DNA of 63,972 nucleotides, filler included, from Collodictyon triciliatum (Eukaryota): NCBI GenBank assembly GCA_043381765.1. It is 4 parts of 4 records of this genome, joined end to end, with 100 filler letters (N's around TTAATTAATTAA, not from the genome) between each part and the next. Parts side by side here need not be neighbours in the genome. Positions count along the whole stretch, not along the records: positions 1 to 15,983 come from JBHJMP010001611.1; positions 16,084 to 32,019 come from JBHJMP010001622.1; 2 more parts are not named here. One strand, written 5' to 3'. Of this stretch, positions 1 through 18,679 are shown piece after piece. The notes under the pieces are model-generated. The model did no database searches. It had not been told where the DNA came from and saw only the letters and a program-made list of their open reading frames with translations. The translations under genes and the position numbers were made by a program. Position 1 is the stretch's first letter; each line of letters starts with the position of its first letter.

Positions 1-93
<93 letters not shown>
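1..93. repeat. (AAT)n microsatellite, intronic in MMS19
   Basis: Pure AAT run. Similar AAT/TAT runs occur at ~2895-2988, 11981-12079, 34974-35052, 44952-45061 and 45850-45962. Confidence 0.97.
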
Positions 94-5879
<5,786 letters not shown>

Positions 5880-5989
5880 CGTGCTACAGGGATTTCTCGA
5901 TGATTTTCTTTAAATTGCGGAGCTGCAAATCTTTTTCATTAAAACAAAGATAAAAAAAAAAAAGAAAAAAGAGCTTTGCCTATAAGTCC

Positions 5990-6250
5990 ATCTTTTCCTT
6001 CTCTTCTCTTTTTCTCTTTTTTCTCTTTTTTCTCTTTTTTTCTCTTGTTTTCTCTTGTTTTCTCTTGTTTTCTCTTTTTTCTCTTTTTTCTCTTTTTTCT
6101 CTTTTTTCTCTTTTTTCTCTTTTTTCTCTTTTTTCTCTTTTTTCTCTTTTTTTCTCTTGTTTTCTCTTGTTTTCTCTTGTTTTCTCTTGTTTTCTCTTGT
6201 TTTCTTTTTCTCTTTTTTCTCTTTTTCTCTTTTTTTCTCTCTTTTCTCTC
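5990..6250. repeat. Pyrimidine-rich low-complexity tract (TTTTTCTCT / TTTTCTCTTG units)
   Basis: Degenerate 9-10-nt repeats upstream of MMS19. They explain the spurious F/S/K/R-rich ORFs. Confidence 0.9.
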
Positions 6251-7037
6251 ATGTCTTTTATGTGATGCGTGGGTCAGTGAACGCAACATATTTCCCAACG
6301 CTGCGAGTAAAGCGATAAACATAAAAACACGCAGAAAAGAAAGATTCCACCGCCGGAAGGTACGGAAAAGCCTCGAGTCGAGACACAGCCCCACCCACAA
6401 ACCGAAAAGGTGGTTATGCGCAAAAGATACACAAAGAACCGTCGTCCATAAAGTCTGTTTAGTGTTTATGCTTATGCAACTCTTTTGCGTGTATCTGCCT
6501 CGTGCAAGAGAAGAGAAAGAAGAGAAAGAGTGAAAGGGCAAGAGTGAACGGGCAAAAGAGCGAAAGAGGGATAGAGGAAGAGAATGAGAAAATGATTTGC
6601 GATGTTGGAGATAGAGCAAGAGAGCAGTTTATGGTTGTGATAAATGGTTTTTTGGGTGGTGGGGAAGTCGAGAAGCTGGGTAGCGAAAGGGGCAAGGGGA
6701 TGCAGAACAGGCAGGGCTGAGGGTTCATCAACAAACCGATACATCGAGATGCTGCGTGAATGCTCTTCTCTACAAACATGCTTTGGTGTCCAACATCTTT
6801 TCAAACAAAGATGCATCCAATATCATGCCGAAAATGAGGCAAAGAAAAGTGAAAGAAACAGACACAGCTCCATCTGAATAAATCAACTTGGCCAAAGAAA
6901 AAACGTCTCAATCTTATTGTCTAATCCCTGTCTGTGCTATGCGCCCAGAAACTAAAATATGAAGCATATTAGTGAACTATGCTCATTCCAAAACTCATTG
7001 CTAGTCCGCACCCGATTGACAATCCCTATTGTGTCGC

Positions 7038-10000
7038 CTAGCGGAAAAGGGGGTCATCGTCCTCGTCATCCGAACCAAAAAGCGGGCCAGAGACTTTGGG
7101 CTTGGGTCTTTCGGTCTCCTTCACCTTGGGCTCTTCAACCGGCTTCTTCGCCAAAAACCCATCGTCTTCGTCGTCAGACCCAAAAAGGCCTTTTGTCTTC
7201 TGTGCGGCGACTGGGGCAGGAGTTGGTGATGGCTTCGTTGCGGCTGGTGCAGCAGATTTGGGCTTTGCTGCGAACATGTCATCCGTCGCATCATCATCGT
7301 CACCAAAGAGAGCTGATGAGGAACTTGCCAACGGGGCTTTCTTGGCCACAGGTTTCGGTAAACTATCTTCCTCGTCGTCACCTTCAAAGAGTGGAGCCGA
7401 GACTTTGGGCTTGCTCAGTCCAGCAAACAGAGGGTCGTCTTCCTCTTCCGCAGCCACGGCCGCAAACGGTGAGGCGGAAGCGCCTGGCTTCGTGGGCGGC
7501 GCAAACATTGCATCCTCTTCCTCATCCACAGCTTCCGTGGCTGGCTCAACGACGGCAGCCACGGTTGCTTCCTCGACCGCTGGCTCGGGCACATACGCAG
7601 CAGAGGCCTCGCTTTCTTGAATTGGCTCATGGACAATACTTTCATGCTGTTGTGACTCGACAACAAGTGTGTTGGATGGTGTTGGGATGGCGCTGGCTTC
7701 TTCCTCTTGCTCCTCTTCGTTTTGAGGGTCTTCGTCCCAGCCATCGTCATCATCTGCGTTTGCATCCTTGTCCTCCGTCTCGACAGCCTCCGTTTCCACA
7801 TTATGGGGCGTGTGTGTAGATTCTTGAAGCTCGGCAACCGCATCAAAACTCTGTGAGCCGTGCGTCTTTGTTGCTTGTTCCTCGTATTGTTGATAGTTCG
7901 CATGGTCCTCGCTTTCAGACTGGGGTGGCTCGTAAACGTCGTATGGCGAAGCGGTTGGGGCTTCGACTGAGTTGACCATTTCAATGCCTTGTTCGGGCTC
8001 TTCCACGTAGGCGGGAACACTCTCGTATTGGGCAACATTCTATAATATTTGGTTTGTGAGTGTTGTTTGATGTTTGATTATGAATATAGATCAAGTATTG
8101 ATAAGAAACCATTTGGGAAATGATCGAGTGAATTGAAATCACATAAAATCGAATAGCTATGAACATGGGTGGTATCGAGTTTTACTTGGGCAGTCTCACG
8201 GATGTGGAGAGGTGCTGGTTCGGTTGCAACGGCCACAATGGCTGGTGGGTATACGTCCGACGAACGTGGAACAACTATAAATTCGTCTTCTCCTTCGCTC
8301 TCCTGTGCAATTGAAGTGTCAGTATCTTGGGAGAGCAAATTGAAATACGAGCGAGAGACTATCGAACAGCAGAGGGATTATAATGACCAGTCGCCTGGTA
8401 ACAGTTTGGAGATGAGATGATAACAGGTTGGATTCATATTAAACAGCTCACTTGCTCCTCGGGGATTTCATACTCTTCTCCTTCAAGCTTCTTCACGACC
8501 TTAAGTGTGTTGTGTTTGATAACGAATCTGACCTGGGTGTTAGACAAGGATGCGTGTCAATAGATGTGGTTATAAGTGGGGATAGGTTGTTTTCTAACGA
8601 GACCATCTCTCAAGTTCGTTTTAAAAAAAAAAATTGCAGCTTAGAGAATTGCGCTGTTGATAGATTCCGACTATCAGACTGCATATATTGATAACACTCA
8701 ATTAAAGTATTCAGCAACCTTGTCGATAACTTTGGAGCCACGGTATACACGCTCGTCCTCAATTTTAGCTCGCAGTTGACGGAAAACACCATTCATCACC
8801 TTTTGAAGAATTGTGAAATCAGCAGAGGAAGCGTTGTATGCTAAATACCACATTTTGCCTTCATTTAAATGATAGAGAAAACCGCACGCAAGCATGAGTC
8901 TTAATTTTGCAGCAAGAATATATCACATACATCTTTAATCTCTTGGGCAGAGTTCTCACGGTTCTCTTGGGCCAAAGCTGCGAAGCGCTCTCGACTTAAA
9001 GCCAATATACGTTCCTTCTCAGCAACAGCCTTCTCAAGCTGAACGGAAATCTCGGCAACAGTGGACTCTTGTCCTTCACTGGCCTCACGAAGGCGGTTAC
9101 GAGCGCTTTCGATAATCAGCTGCCTCTCGCGTTGCGTGGATTCTAGCTGCTCTGTCAACGAGACCACTCTATGAAATGTGTTGATATCAGTGGGCAAACT
9201 TGTAATTTACGGACAAGGCGGTAAGTGTTCAAGTATGGAATATCTATATCCCCTTTTGTGTGCGCGTGATTTATAATTTTCTAGTGGTAGGCTCTTAACT
9301 GTTTCTCAAAGTCCTCCTTTGTCCGGGCTGCAAGAATAATGCCTTCCTGCTTTCCATACTCCACTCCTTTGTTGAATGACTCACGCACTTCTTGGTCACG
9401 CGACGTGAAACCCTCCAAGCGTCCCTTTTCGCGGGCAGCTGCCTCAATCTCCTGGGAACTAGAAAGTCCTGAATCACGCCCAGCATTGAATCCTTTTTCG
9501 TAGATTGTATTCAACTGCGTTTGTTTATAGTCGTTAGACGAACCTTGAATTATTTTTTAGGAAGGTTTGGTCGAAATCGCCAAGGTAAAATGTTAATCAA
9601 ACAGACATACTTCCTTCTCTCGTTCAGCAAATCCATCCTTGTATCCCTTGTCATATCCAGATTTTTCGATTGCAGGCTTCTCAGCCTCGAATTGCTGTTG
9701 AGCCTTGAGCAACGTAGAGCGCTCTACTTGAGTCTATGCCATAGTAGCAGGTGAGATTTTGACAATCCCAAACAAAAACAGGACGATTAAAATAAATATA
9801 TACATTATAAAGGAGAGTTGAGCATGGAAAACGGAGTATGGAAAATGATATGCCCATTCTTGGGATAAGTTCTTGTGATTTATTGCTATGCATAAGATGA
9901 AACTTCATCAGTGATTACCTCAGTTTGTTTCACGATAACGGCCCATTTCGCCTCCACGTCCTGCTCAATGCGTTCAGCAATTTCCTTGCTCGTGGCACCC

Positions 10001-11980
10001 GAGGAGTATCTGAATAAAGGTGGGTGAAAATCTCAGTACTGTTCGACATACGACAATGTGATTTATCGCATAGGAACTTTGGTAGAAGCTGTGCTCTTCA
10101 TACAGAATTAAAGCGCGAATGAATACCTTTCCTTGCGGATACTTTCGCGAAGCTGTTCGATTTCGTCTTGCAGACGGCGCTTGTCTTCTTGGTGGAGCTG
10201 CGGAGATAACATTATTTATATATAATACCGGTGACTCGCTGAATCTGACAGTTTGAAGTATAAGAAATAGGTCATAGAATGAGTGTATCATAAGCAAAAA
10301 GGAAACCTCCTGGGCGCGGTTGTAGTCTTGTTCATATTTGCGCCTTTTTTCGTCGGTCAAATTCTGAAGTCTTTCGTAAGCGCGTTTCTCATCAACAAGC
10401 TCGTCCTGTATCATGACGATATGGAGGGAATAGGTCAATAATGAGTCAATATAGAGTTTAATCTTCAGTACTTCTAATTGTGAATCTTCTCCTTCATATA
10501 TCCAATCTCTGAAAAGTGGTATTCTATGAGAGGCTCACTTGCAAGCTTTGGACTTTTTCTTCACAAACTCGCAGCTGTTGTTTCGCTAATTTTGTAATGA
10601 ACATATATAAACAATTTTTATCTGGACAAAAATATTTCACCTAGGATATATCCTATTAAGACGACCCAAACCTTCTTTTGATGCTCGAACAGCCTCAGCA
10701 GCCTTGGCAGCTTCACGGGATACATCAAATCGAAGATTTTCATTGTCTCCAGTCATATGCTCCAACTTGGCCTATGGTTGCGTATACATGTAAGCATGGT
10801 ATATTCGACATTATAAAGTCACAAAAAATGAACATAATACCTGAAGCTCAGAATTTTTGGACACTAGCTCTGCGTTGGATTTATTTGCTGTTGTGAGCTC
10901 CTTCTTGGCATTGGCGAGCTGTGGAACATCAGAATAATTGAATAGAAGAAAGAAAAAAAAAAAGAAAAAGTATATGTCTGAATTAATTACCACTATCTCA
11001 TAATTGATTTTAGGAATTTATATACATTGTAAGCGAGATTTGTGTATCATGAATAATGCAATTAACCTGGACAGCTCCGTCAGCAAGTTCACGTTCCAAG
11101 CGTAGTTTGAGTTGTTGCAGTTCCACGATTTGGCTCATAGTATGCTCGGATGATTGAACAAGAGTTACGGTTCTTTGCTCCATGATGCGATTGCTCTCAG
11201 AAAGATATCTAGGTTATTTAATATGATGAGCGAAAACCATTTGAATATGGTGAAGAGGAAAAACATACTATAGAACATGCAAACTATAACAATAAATAGA
11301 AATAATGAGAGAAAAATCACATTCTAAATTTATATGTACTTCTCATTCTTTTCAAGCAGGGTGCGGATTCTCTCTTCTAGGGCCTCGATCTTGGCAGCTT
11401 TATCGGCATTTTCACGCTTGAGGGTTTCGTTTTCATTCGCCATTCGAGTCACATTCTGCGCAAGAATCACGCCAGACATCTTTTCGCCGGAGAAACCTTT
11501 CGAGAATCGAATTCATTTAAAAAATTCCGCATAAAAATTAACAAAATATTAGACCAAAAGAAAAAAACGCTATAGATGGTATATGTATTATAATGTAATA
11601 TTTTTGGGAAAAAAATCATACCACGACCGTACGGGCTATGGTCAAGCTTGGTGTTCATCTAGTCATACACAAGAGAACAAGTTTAGAAATGTATCGATAT
11701 CATAACCTGTTCGTATATAGTCATCATGTTGAAGGAGATGATTTAAATTGATATTGAGGGAAATGTACAGACCTCATCAATTTTCAGAGAAATAGACTTG
11801 ACGATAGCCTTTGTTTCCACAATCGCAGTTCCGGCCTCGCCAAGGTTGGCTGTTTGTGATACAGGCGCAGGCGCAGGTGCAGGTGCCGCAACGGGTGTTG
11901 GAATCTGGTTAGTTTCGTGTTACATTATGTTCATAACCATCAACACAGAGGATGGTAAGTTCTAGGATACTTTGATTCAC

Positions 11981-12079
<99 letters not shown>

Positions 12080-13863
12080 TCTTGTTCTTAGATGCTCAAA
12101 TCTGCAGCGATATTGCATATTTGAATTACACCAACATAATGACGAAAAGGTACTGTAACGAAAGTGAGAAATGACAAATGATGAAGAAATAAGGCTAACG
12201 GGTGCCGGTTGTGTAACTTGGACGTATCCGTTCTAAAAAAAATTGTGTTTTTTTTTTCCGTGAGTCGCAACTAAACGATTCGAAACGAGATAATATTTGC
12301 AAATGGTGTTGCTGGTAATTAGTACCGGTGTTTGAATCAGCTGTGTAATTGTTTGCTGCTGGGCTGGTTGCTGTGCCAACTGTTGTGCGTTATATGGAGA
12401 AACCAATGCAAGCTGGTTCTGTGGCTGGTTGGCCATCTGCATTTGGCCCCCCAAAGCCATACCCTGCATTTGAAGCTGCGTCCCGTATGGCTGCTGTGTG
12501 GCAAAAGCTTGTTGCGGCTGCTGACCCATATAAGAATGAAATAAAATGAGAGTAGGAAGAGATTTAGGTATTTTCAATAATTCTCAATGAAGCATTTGAT
12601 TGCATATAGAGATGATGCCTAGAGAAAAAAGAAAAAGGAAAAACATCCTGTGAGCTAAAAAAAACATGTAAAGATTAGATAAGTTTAGATTAGATTAGAT
12701 TACATTAGGTTGAAGGCTAACCTGTGCCCCATACCCAAACTGACCGGGATTAGCTCCGAATCCTTGGGCCTTTGATGAAAATGAAAAAAACAAGATAAAT
12801 CGTCAAGAACTCAGTCTTTTGTTTCAAAAATCTCACTCATGAACGGTACAGAATTATTTGCATTTTCCAAAGAAAAAAGAAAAATGGGATGTACCTGCAT
12901 CGGGTTGGCTCCTCCTTGTGCCGCCATGTACTAGACACATATTTGTGCATTAGTTAGCAATATATTAGATTGACATATGTTACATTCTGCCATTAGACTG
13001 ACATTTTGCTGTTGCTGCTGATACATTTGGCCTTGCTGCTGGGCAGCGTATCCACCGGTGTGAGTCTAAATGGAAAAAATATAAAAATGAATTAAATCAT
13101 GGATAAAGGCGAGAGAATAAATTTGAAGATTCTATCCATATTTGGGCTACATCTTGGCGAGAGCCTTGAAGAGAGCTTGGGTGCACTTGTTGGTCAGACT
13201 GGGCCTGGGTTCAACAAAAGAAGACAAAAATGTACATGCATTTTACTCATAAATTCAGATAATGGCTCGAAAAAAAATCATGAAGTAAAATATAGCGTAG
13301 TTCGTGCGCGGTAGGATTCAAGTGGAAGATAAGATTAATTATAAGTTATAGTCATACTGAAGGGATTCCTCTTAAAGTTAAAATAACTCTATTTAGTTGA
13401 ATACCTCAAAATGTGGCGCATTTGCAAGAGGTGTTTTTTGGCCTGGATGTTTAGTTAATTCACGTTAGCCCGAGACATTTAATTGTTTTGTAAAAAAAAA
13501 AAAAAATCGATTTAAAAGTACCCAATTTTGCAAGCTTAGCCAGGTTCTGTGCCTTTTCATTCGACTATATTTATTTGTTTATGGTCAGTAGTGATTAACA
13601 CCCAGACAATCGAATTTCTCATCACGATTTTATTTAATGACATATTTTATCAGGTGGTTAGGAAATAGAAAAGAATTGACCCACAACTATGTATGTCAGA
13701 CGAAAGTATACACTAGAAAAATGTGCAATAGAATAGAAACGATCGTTCTGAAAAATTGAAAAGGAAAAAAAAAATGATATAAATTGAAACCTCAGCAGCA
13801 GCAACACTTGATGCAGCTGATTCACCATCTTCATGCTTGCATTTGATTACTTCAATCTACCAA

Positions 13864-13926
<63 letters not shown>

Positions 13927-15775
13927 GACTTAAACGAAGTCAGGTATTTGCAACTAATGAGATGTGATATCCTCCTTTTTCACTATAATGCAATAAATAT
14001 AGACGATATCGTCAACTCAGAAACCTCAAAAAGTAATGTCGAGTTTCCAGGAATAGATGCGCTTCCATTCGGCCCGTAGCCGTACATCGAAGGCACATAC
14101 AACAAACGTCTTCCGCCTTTCTTTAAACCAACACAACCAAGCTCCCACCCTACGTGTAATGAAGAAATACAGATAGAAAATGATGCAAAGATCGTTAGAA
14201 ACAAAACGAGTAATCAAAACTGTCGTAGCTCAGTGCCGTTCAATTGAGAACCTGGACTTTTTCAGTTTACGGTAGTTGGCAAATATGTCGAGATAGAAAA
14301 CTCCTTAGAGATAAAGGCAAACCCTTGACCACTTTCCCTTCTCCAATCTTGAATCGCAAATCCTTCTTTGCCAAGTTGGAGTCAAAAAGCTCTCCTTTCT
14401 TGTGATTTGTCACTATCCATCCCGAGTAGCCCACCATGAGAGAATCACCCACCTTGACTGCCTATGAATCCAGTATTTTCAGTGGTCAGAAGGGTTGCTT
14501 TTAGTTCTTACATACTCTTGATGTATCCTTGTCAATAATGAAAAATATGGCGATGGTTTTTATAGTTATAGTCGAAGCTATAATTACAGTTATAGTTATT
14601 GTGTTATTGTGGTTAAAGCTATACAACCAAAAATGGAGTAGGCGAGTTATTTCCGCGAATCAACCGTAAGTGAACTTTAAAAAAAAAAAGCTATACTTGT
14701 CCTTTCCCGGTGACAAAGTCGATAAACCCAAGCTTGCTATCAACAGCATGTTTTGCGATGAGAACTTGAGTGGCAAAGTTAAGTGCCTCGTCTTCGGAGG
14801 TGAAATTAATCGACCATGTCTGTCCCTTTTCATCGGTGAAGTTTGCGTAGTTGCTTGGGGCGCACTATGAAAGAAAGAAAAAAAGATTAAAATAAGATAG
14901 GGCTAAACGGGGTTAAATGCATAAGCGATTTAAGCGGATGTATGGATTTTATTATTATGAAATTGCAAGCAGCAAAGTCGAGACATAAAATCCATTCAAT
15001 ATACAAGTCCGCGTCTGAATATCGCGGGATATTAGAGTTATCAGCGAGATTGTAACTGCCTCTTACAAGATATTGGAAGTCAGGATTCAGAGTGACCGAC
15101 GTGATTCGATTGTCATTGGAGACATATAGGAACATGGTTGCGTAAGTTGCTGTTTTAACCACAGCAGCACCAACAGTTCCCACGGTGGAGTATTGTTTAC
15201 GGTCAGCATCGCTTTAATGCAAGAAAAAAAGAAACAAGATACTATAGAGTAAGTAAAAGTAAAGTAAAATAAAACGAAATGAAAAGAAAAGAAAAGAGAT
15301 TCAATATATAGAAATCGAGGGTTGCCCTCTAAAGTATTACAGGTTTCTTTCAATCCCCCATTAAGTGAGGATAAAAGTGAATGGACAAATGAAAAGAAAC
15401 TTAATCTGGAAAAAAGCAAGATAAAAATATTAAAAAAAAAAGACAGAGAGAAAAAGGAACGATAGGTACTAGAATAGGGGAATAGAGTCATTCGTTAGAA
15501 GGCTCACAATTTGTAGAGGTGAACTTGAAGAGCAATCAAGACTTGTGGTGTGTTGGTGGCGGGTTTTGGGGCGGCTGTGGGGTTGCAAGTGAGTGACGTG
15601 TTTCCTTTCTGTTGTCCCGCTGACTCAGAGTCGAAGAGTGAACGAAGTTGGCCGCCGCTGCAAGGTTGTTATATGCACGATGAGTTTGACTTCTTCGTTA
15701 TCGGTTGACCCGATTTTGTAGGTTATTTAAACAATGCTCATTGGTTATCCTCTTTGGATTTTTGGTTGCGGCCAT
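7038..15775 (-). CDS. FKBP15: FKBP15-like protein (N-terminal WH1-like region, FKBP-type PPIase domain, coiled coil, acidic LF-repeat tail); multi-exon; exact start uncertain
   Basis: Exons read [12 protein letters not shown]...[22 protein letters not shown]...[40 protein letters not shown]...[13 protein letters not shown] and [25 protein letters not shown]...STLLFE. A Q-rich linker and coiled-coil exons (8.7-11.9 kb) follow, then a last exon ending [15 protein letters not shown]. This order resembles metazoan FKBP15. Confidence 0.85.
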
Positions 15776-15983
15776 GATCTTCTGTCTTTTTTCATTTCCT
15801 TGTTAACTACCTTTATGTTCTTATTGGCAAGTTTTGGTATTTATTCTAATATTTGCATTTATAATAAAATTACAGCCTTGTTTACCTTTTAAAAAATTAT
15901 TCATTATGTAATTTAAGTTTTTGTTTGTTTGTTTGTTTGTTTGTTTGTTTGTTTGTTTGTTTGTTTGTTTGTTTGTTTGTTTG

Positions 15984-16083
15984 NNNNNNNNNNNNNNNNN
16001 NNNNNNNNNNNNNNNNNNNNNNNNNNNTTAATTAATTAANNNNNNNNNNNNNNNNNNNNNNNNNNNNNNNNNNNNNNNNNNNN
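15984..16083. other. Artificial contig linker N44-TTAATTAATTAA-N44; identical linkers at 32020-32119 and 48063-48162
   Basis: The same 12-mer, with stop codons in all six frames, is embedded in Ns at 16028, 32064 and 48107. Confidence 0.95.
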
Positions 16084-16190
16084 GATTTTTGATTTTTGAT
16101 TTTTGATTTTTGATTTTTGATTTTTGATTTTTGATTTTTGATTTTTGATTTTTGATTTTTGATTTTTGATTTTTGATTTTTGATTTTTGA
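16084..16190. repeat. (GATTTTT)n tandem repeat at a contig end; (TTTG)n on the other side of the linker (15919-15983)
   Basis: Directly visible 7-nt and 4-nt periodicities flanking the linker. Confidence 0.93.
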
Positions 16191-16640
16191 TTTGTTTAAT
16201 TTCTCCATTAAATACGTATTTCTGTACCAATTCATTTTTAAAATGTTAATTGCTTTTTGTTTTTCATTTACTAGAGTCAATTGATGCATTAATTGGTTCC
16301 ATAAATTCGAAAATATGATAAAACACTATTCACCACGAAATATCTTCTATACTTATTAAGCTAACACTTTGTCATGGACTATCCTCTACTCGCCATATGT
16401 GCATGGCTTTTTAGTGGACCACGGAGCGAACCGATCTTGAAAAGAGGAATGAGGTCTGTAAATCTAAATAGCATGTTTTGTAGACTCCTTTCACATATGA
16501 AAATAGCAGAAAAGTTTAATTGTACTAAAAAGAACATATAAATTACAAAAATCATTTGTCGCAATAATGTCACTGCATAGCAGGGGTTCTGGAGAGTCGT
16601 TGGATATATCGACCGGTAGCCCACACTCATTTCTTGCATC

Positions 16641-18019
16641 TTAGCGCTTTTCATTCAACATTCTTAGGCTCTTAACTTGGTATAAATAATCACCTGCATT
16701 TTATATTCGGAATAGACGACGCAGACGAAAGACGCAACAATCGCAAGCAAATTGTTTCTTTTGCCATCCCCAAATCCTCGCAAACCCCTGACAAACAACT
16801 TCTCCCTTCGTTCAGCAGCGTGTTTAGTGTACGTTATAATGAATTTTTATTTAATTGCGACGATGTATCTTGCGGTTCGCTTATTCGTTTTGTAATCATT
16901 AAAGGAAAAAAAAAGACATCAGTGATTCTATTCAAAGTCTTAATTATCTCTTATACATGGTCATAATTTGCAATCATATAAATCCCAGCATCAAATACTT
17001 CTTTTTTTTTTTTTTTTTTTGATATAGACACACTCAACATCCCTAGCAGCGCACATGTCTCGCCCTATTTGGGCTCCTGATAAATCCACGACTGATTGCT
17101 TCCTATGCCGAAAAACGTTTTCCATGACGCTCCGTAAAGTACGCGCTCTATTGCCAATATTTATATGTAATTCACACCCGCCAGCTATGTCTGCACATTC
17201 ATTTGTCTGTTGCTCTTAATGGGATTCCATTATATCTATCTGATAAAAAAATCAACTATTTACCTACTGTACATCCAACCAATCACAAGCATCATTGCCG
17301 CAATTGTGGACGCATTTTCGTAAAGGCCTAATTCACTTCGAAATCGGCGTCATAACATCCCAAACTCTAAGCTTCTTCGGTAGGCGAAGACACATTTATA
17401 ATTGTATGATAAAATCACGTAGTGCAACAGCTGCTGCACAAACCGGATTGAACTTAAGGAGCTTGGATTCAAAAATGCTGTGCGTGTCTGCAATACCTGC
17501 TTTGCTTCCATCCACAAAGGTTCTGTTCGCGGCGCACCGCCTTCATAATTATGCTCGGCGATGGATGGAAATAAAATGCGCTTACACAAAGTAAACTTTG
17601 AAGCACGAAAGTAATTCATGGCAAATATAATCATCTTTTGTCTGTCCTATTGATTGCCACGCTGTGTTTAAATATGCACAGGTCCTCGAGCTCAGAGGAG
17701 AGTCAGAGAAAGGTAAATAAATATCAAAATACGTAGAAAATACAATTAAATAGAAAAGAAAAGAAAAGGGTTATGCTTTCAAAGAACGTGAACGCATCAT
17801 GGGCATAATCAAGGTGACGTGCTGAAGTGAGAATAGCGTCGAGTTCAGTTAACCTTGCATCCTAATTAGCGCGTGCCTTTGCGTGATTTTGCATATTCCT
17901 TCGCCTTTGGTTGCTTTAACCCTCGCATTTATTGCCATCGTTCTTGGAATACGGCGGATGATTAAGATACACTTTGACAGGGATGCCGCTCTTTCTTGCC
18001 GCCATTGTCCATCAATCAT
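16641..18019 (-). CDS. Hypothetical multi-exon protein (no family recognised)
   Basis: Several GT/AG-bounded open segments, e.g. AWQSIGQTKDDYICHELLSCFKVYF and YTKHAAERREKLFVRGLRGFGDGKRNNLLAIVASFVCVVYSEYKMQ, with a final SLRMLNEKR* (TAA at 16641-16643). Start and exon chain are uncertain. Confidence 0.35.
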
Positions 18020-18679
18020 ACTTGAATCAAGAGCCCACGCTATAGGGGCTGAGTTGACTGTAAGCAAATCTATTGAACTGCGTCAAAAGGAAACAGGCCA
18101 TTGAATGCGACGGTGACTTATATCGAGAGATAAGCCTATCTAACTTAATTAGCGCCATCCAGGTGGGATTTCTCTGCGAGCCCACGCCTTATCGCAATTC
18201 GGCTTGAATTGTGCCGTCCATCATTCTCAATTGCTTGCTTCCCAAAAGATTGTTCATATACGAACGCGCAATCGTATCAACTTCGTGCGAAGACACTTTT
18301 AATCGAATAAAGGTAAAAAAAAAAAAACTCGTGTGATGATACTATCTACCCACATGACTCAAAGGCACAACCGCAGAAGCCCCCAGCTAGGCCTTTCATC
18401 TCGACTTCAACAGAATGACAGTTTTGGCATGTTGGGCGGGAAAGTCTCAGTTGTTTTGCTCGTTTGAACTCGCCCAGAGGCAAAGAACGAAAAGTAGCGC
18501 AGCTCTTTCTTTATCAACTCATCACTTTATTCATTAAGAGCGGTTGCCTGAGAGGTGGTATTCGCACGATTGCAGGTAAGCGAAAAAAGAAACTGGTTTT
18601 GGCGAAAAAGAAAACGGAATGGAAAGACATGTTCATCTCCAAGGGGTGGGTTCTTTTCTCTTGTCTATCTATGTCAAAG

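Noticed and set aside
5939-6619. Long K/R/E- and F/S-rich ORFs on both strands
   Set aside because: They are open only because of the low-complexity CT-rich tract. The same applies to the poly-N/I/Y/L ORFs over AAT repeats and to ORFs running through N gaps.
6959-7819. Plus-strand ORFs of 286 and 174 aa
   Set aside because: These are antisense shadows of the GC-rich last exon of the FKBP15-like gene.
16028-16039. TTAATTAATTAA palindrome recurring at 16028, 32064 and 48107
   Set aside because: It is always embedded in N runs of equal length, so it is an assembly linker and not biological. Adjacency across these linkers is not guaranteed.
16084-16190. (GATTTTT)n as a possible telomeric repeat
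   Set aside because: It is not G-rich, and different simple repeats flank each linker. It is more simply a microsatellite that broke the assembly.
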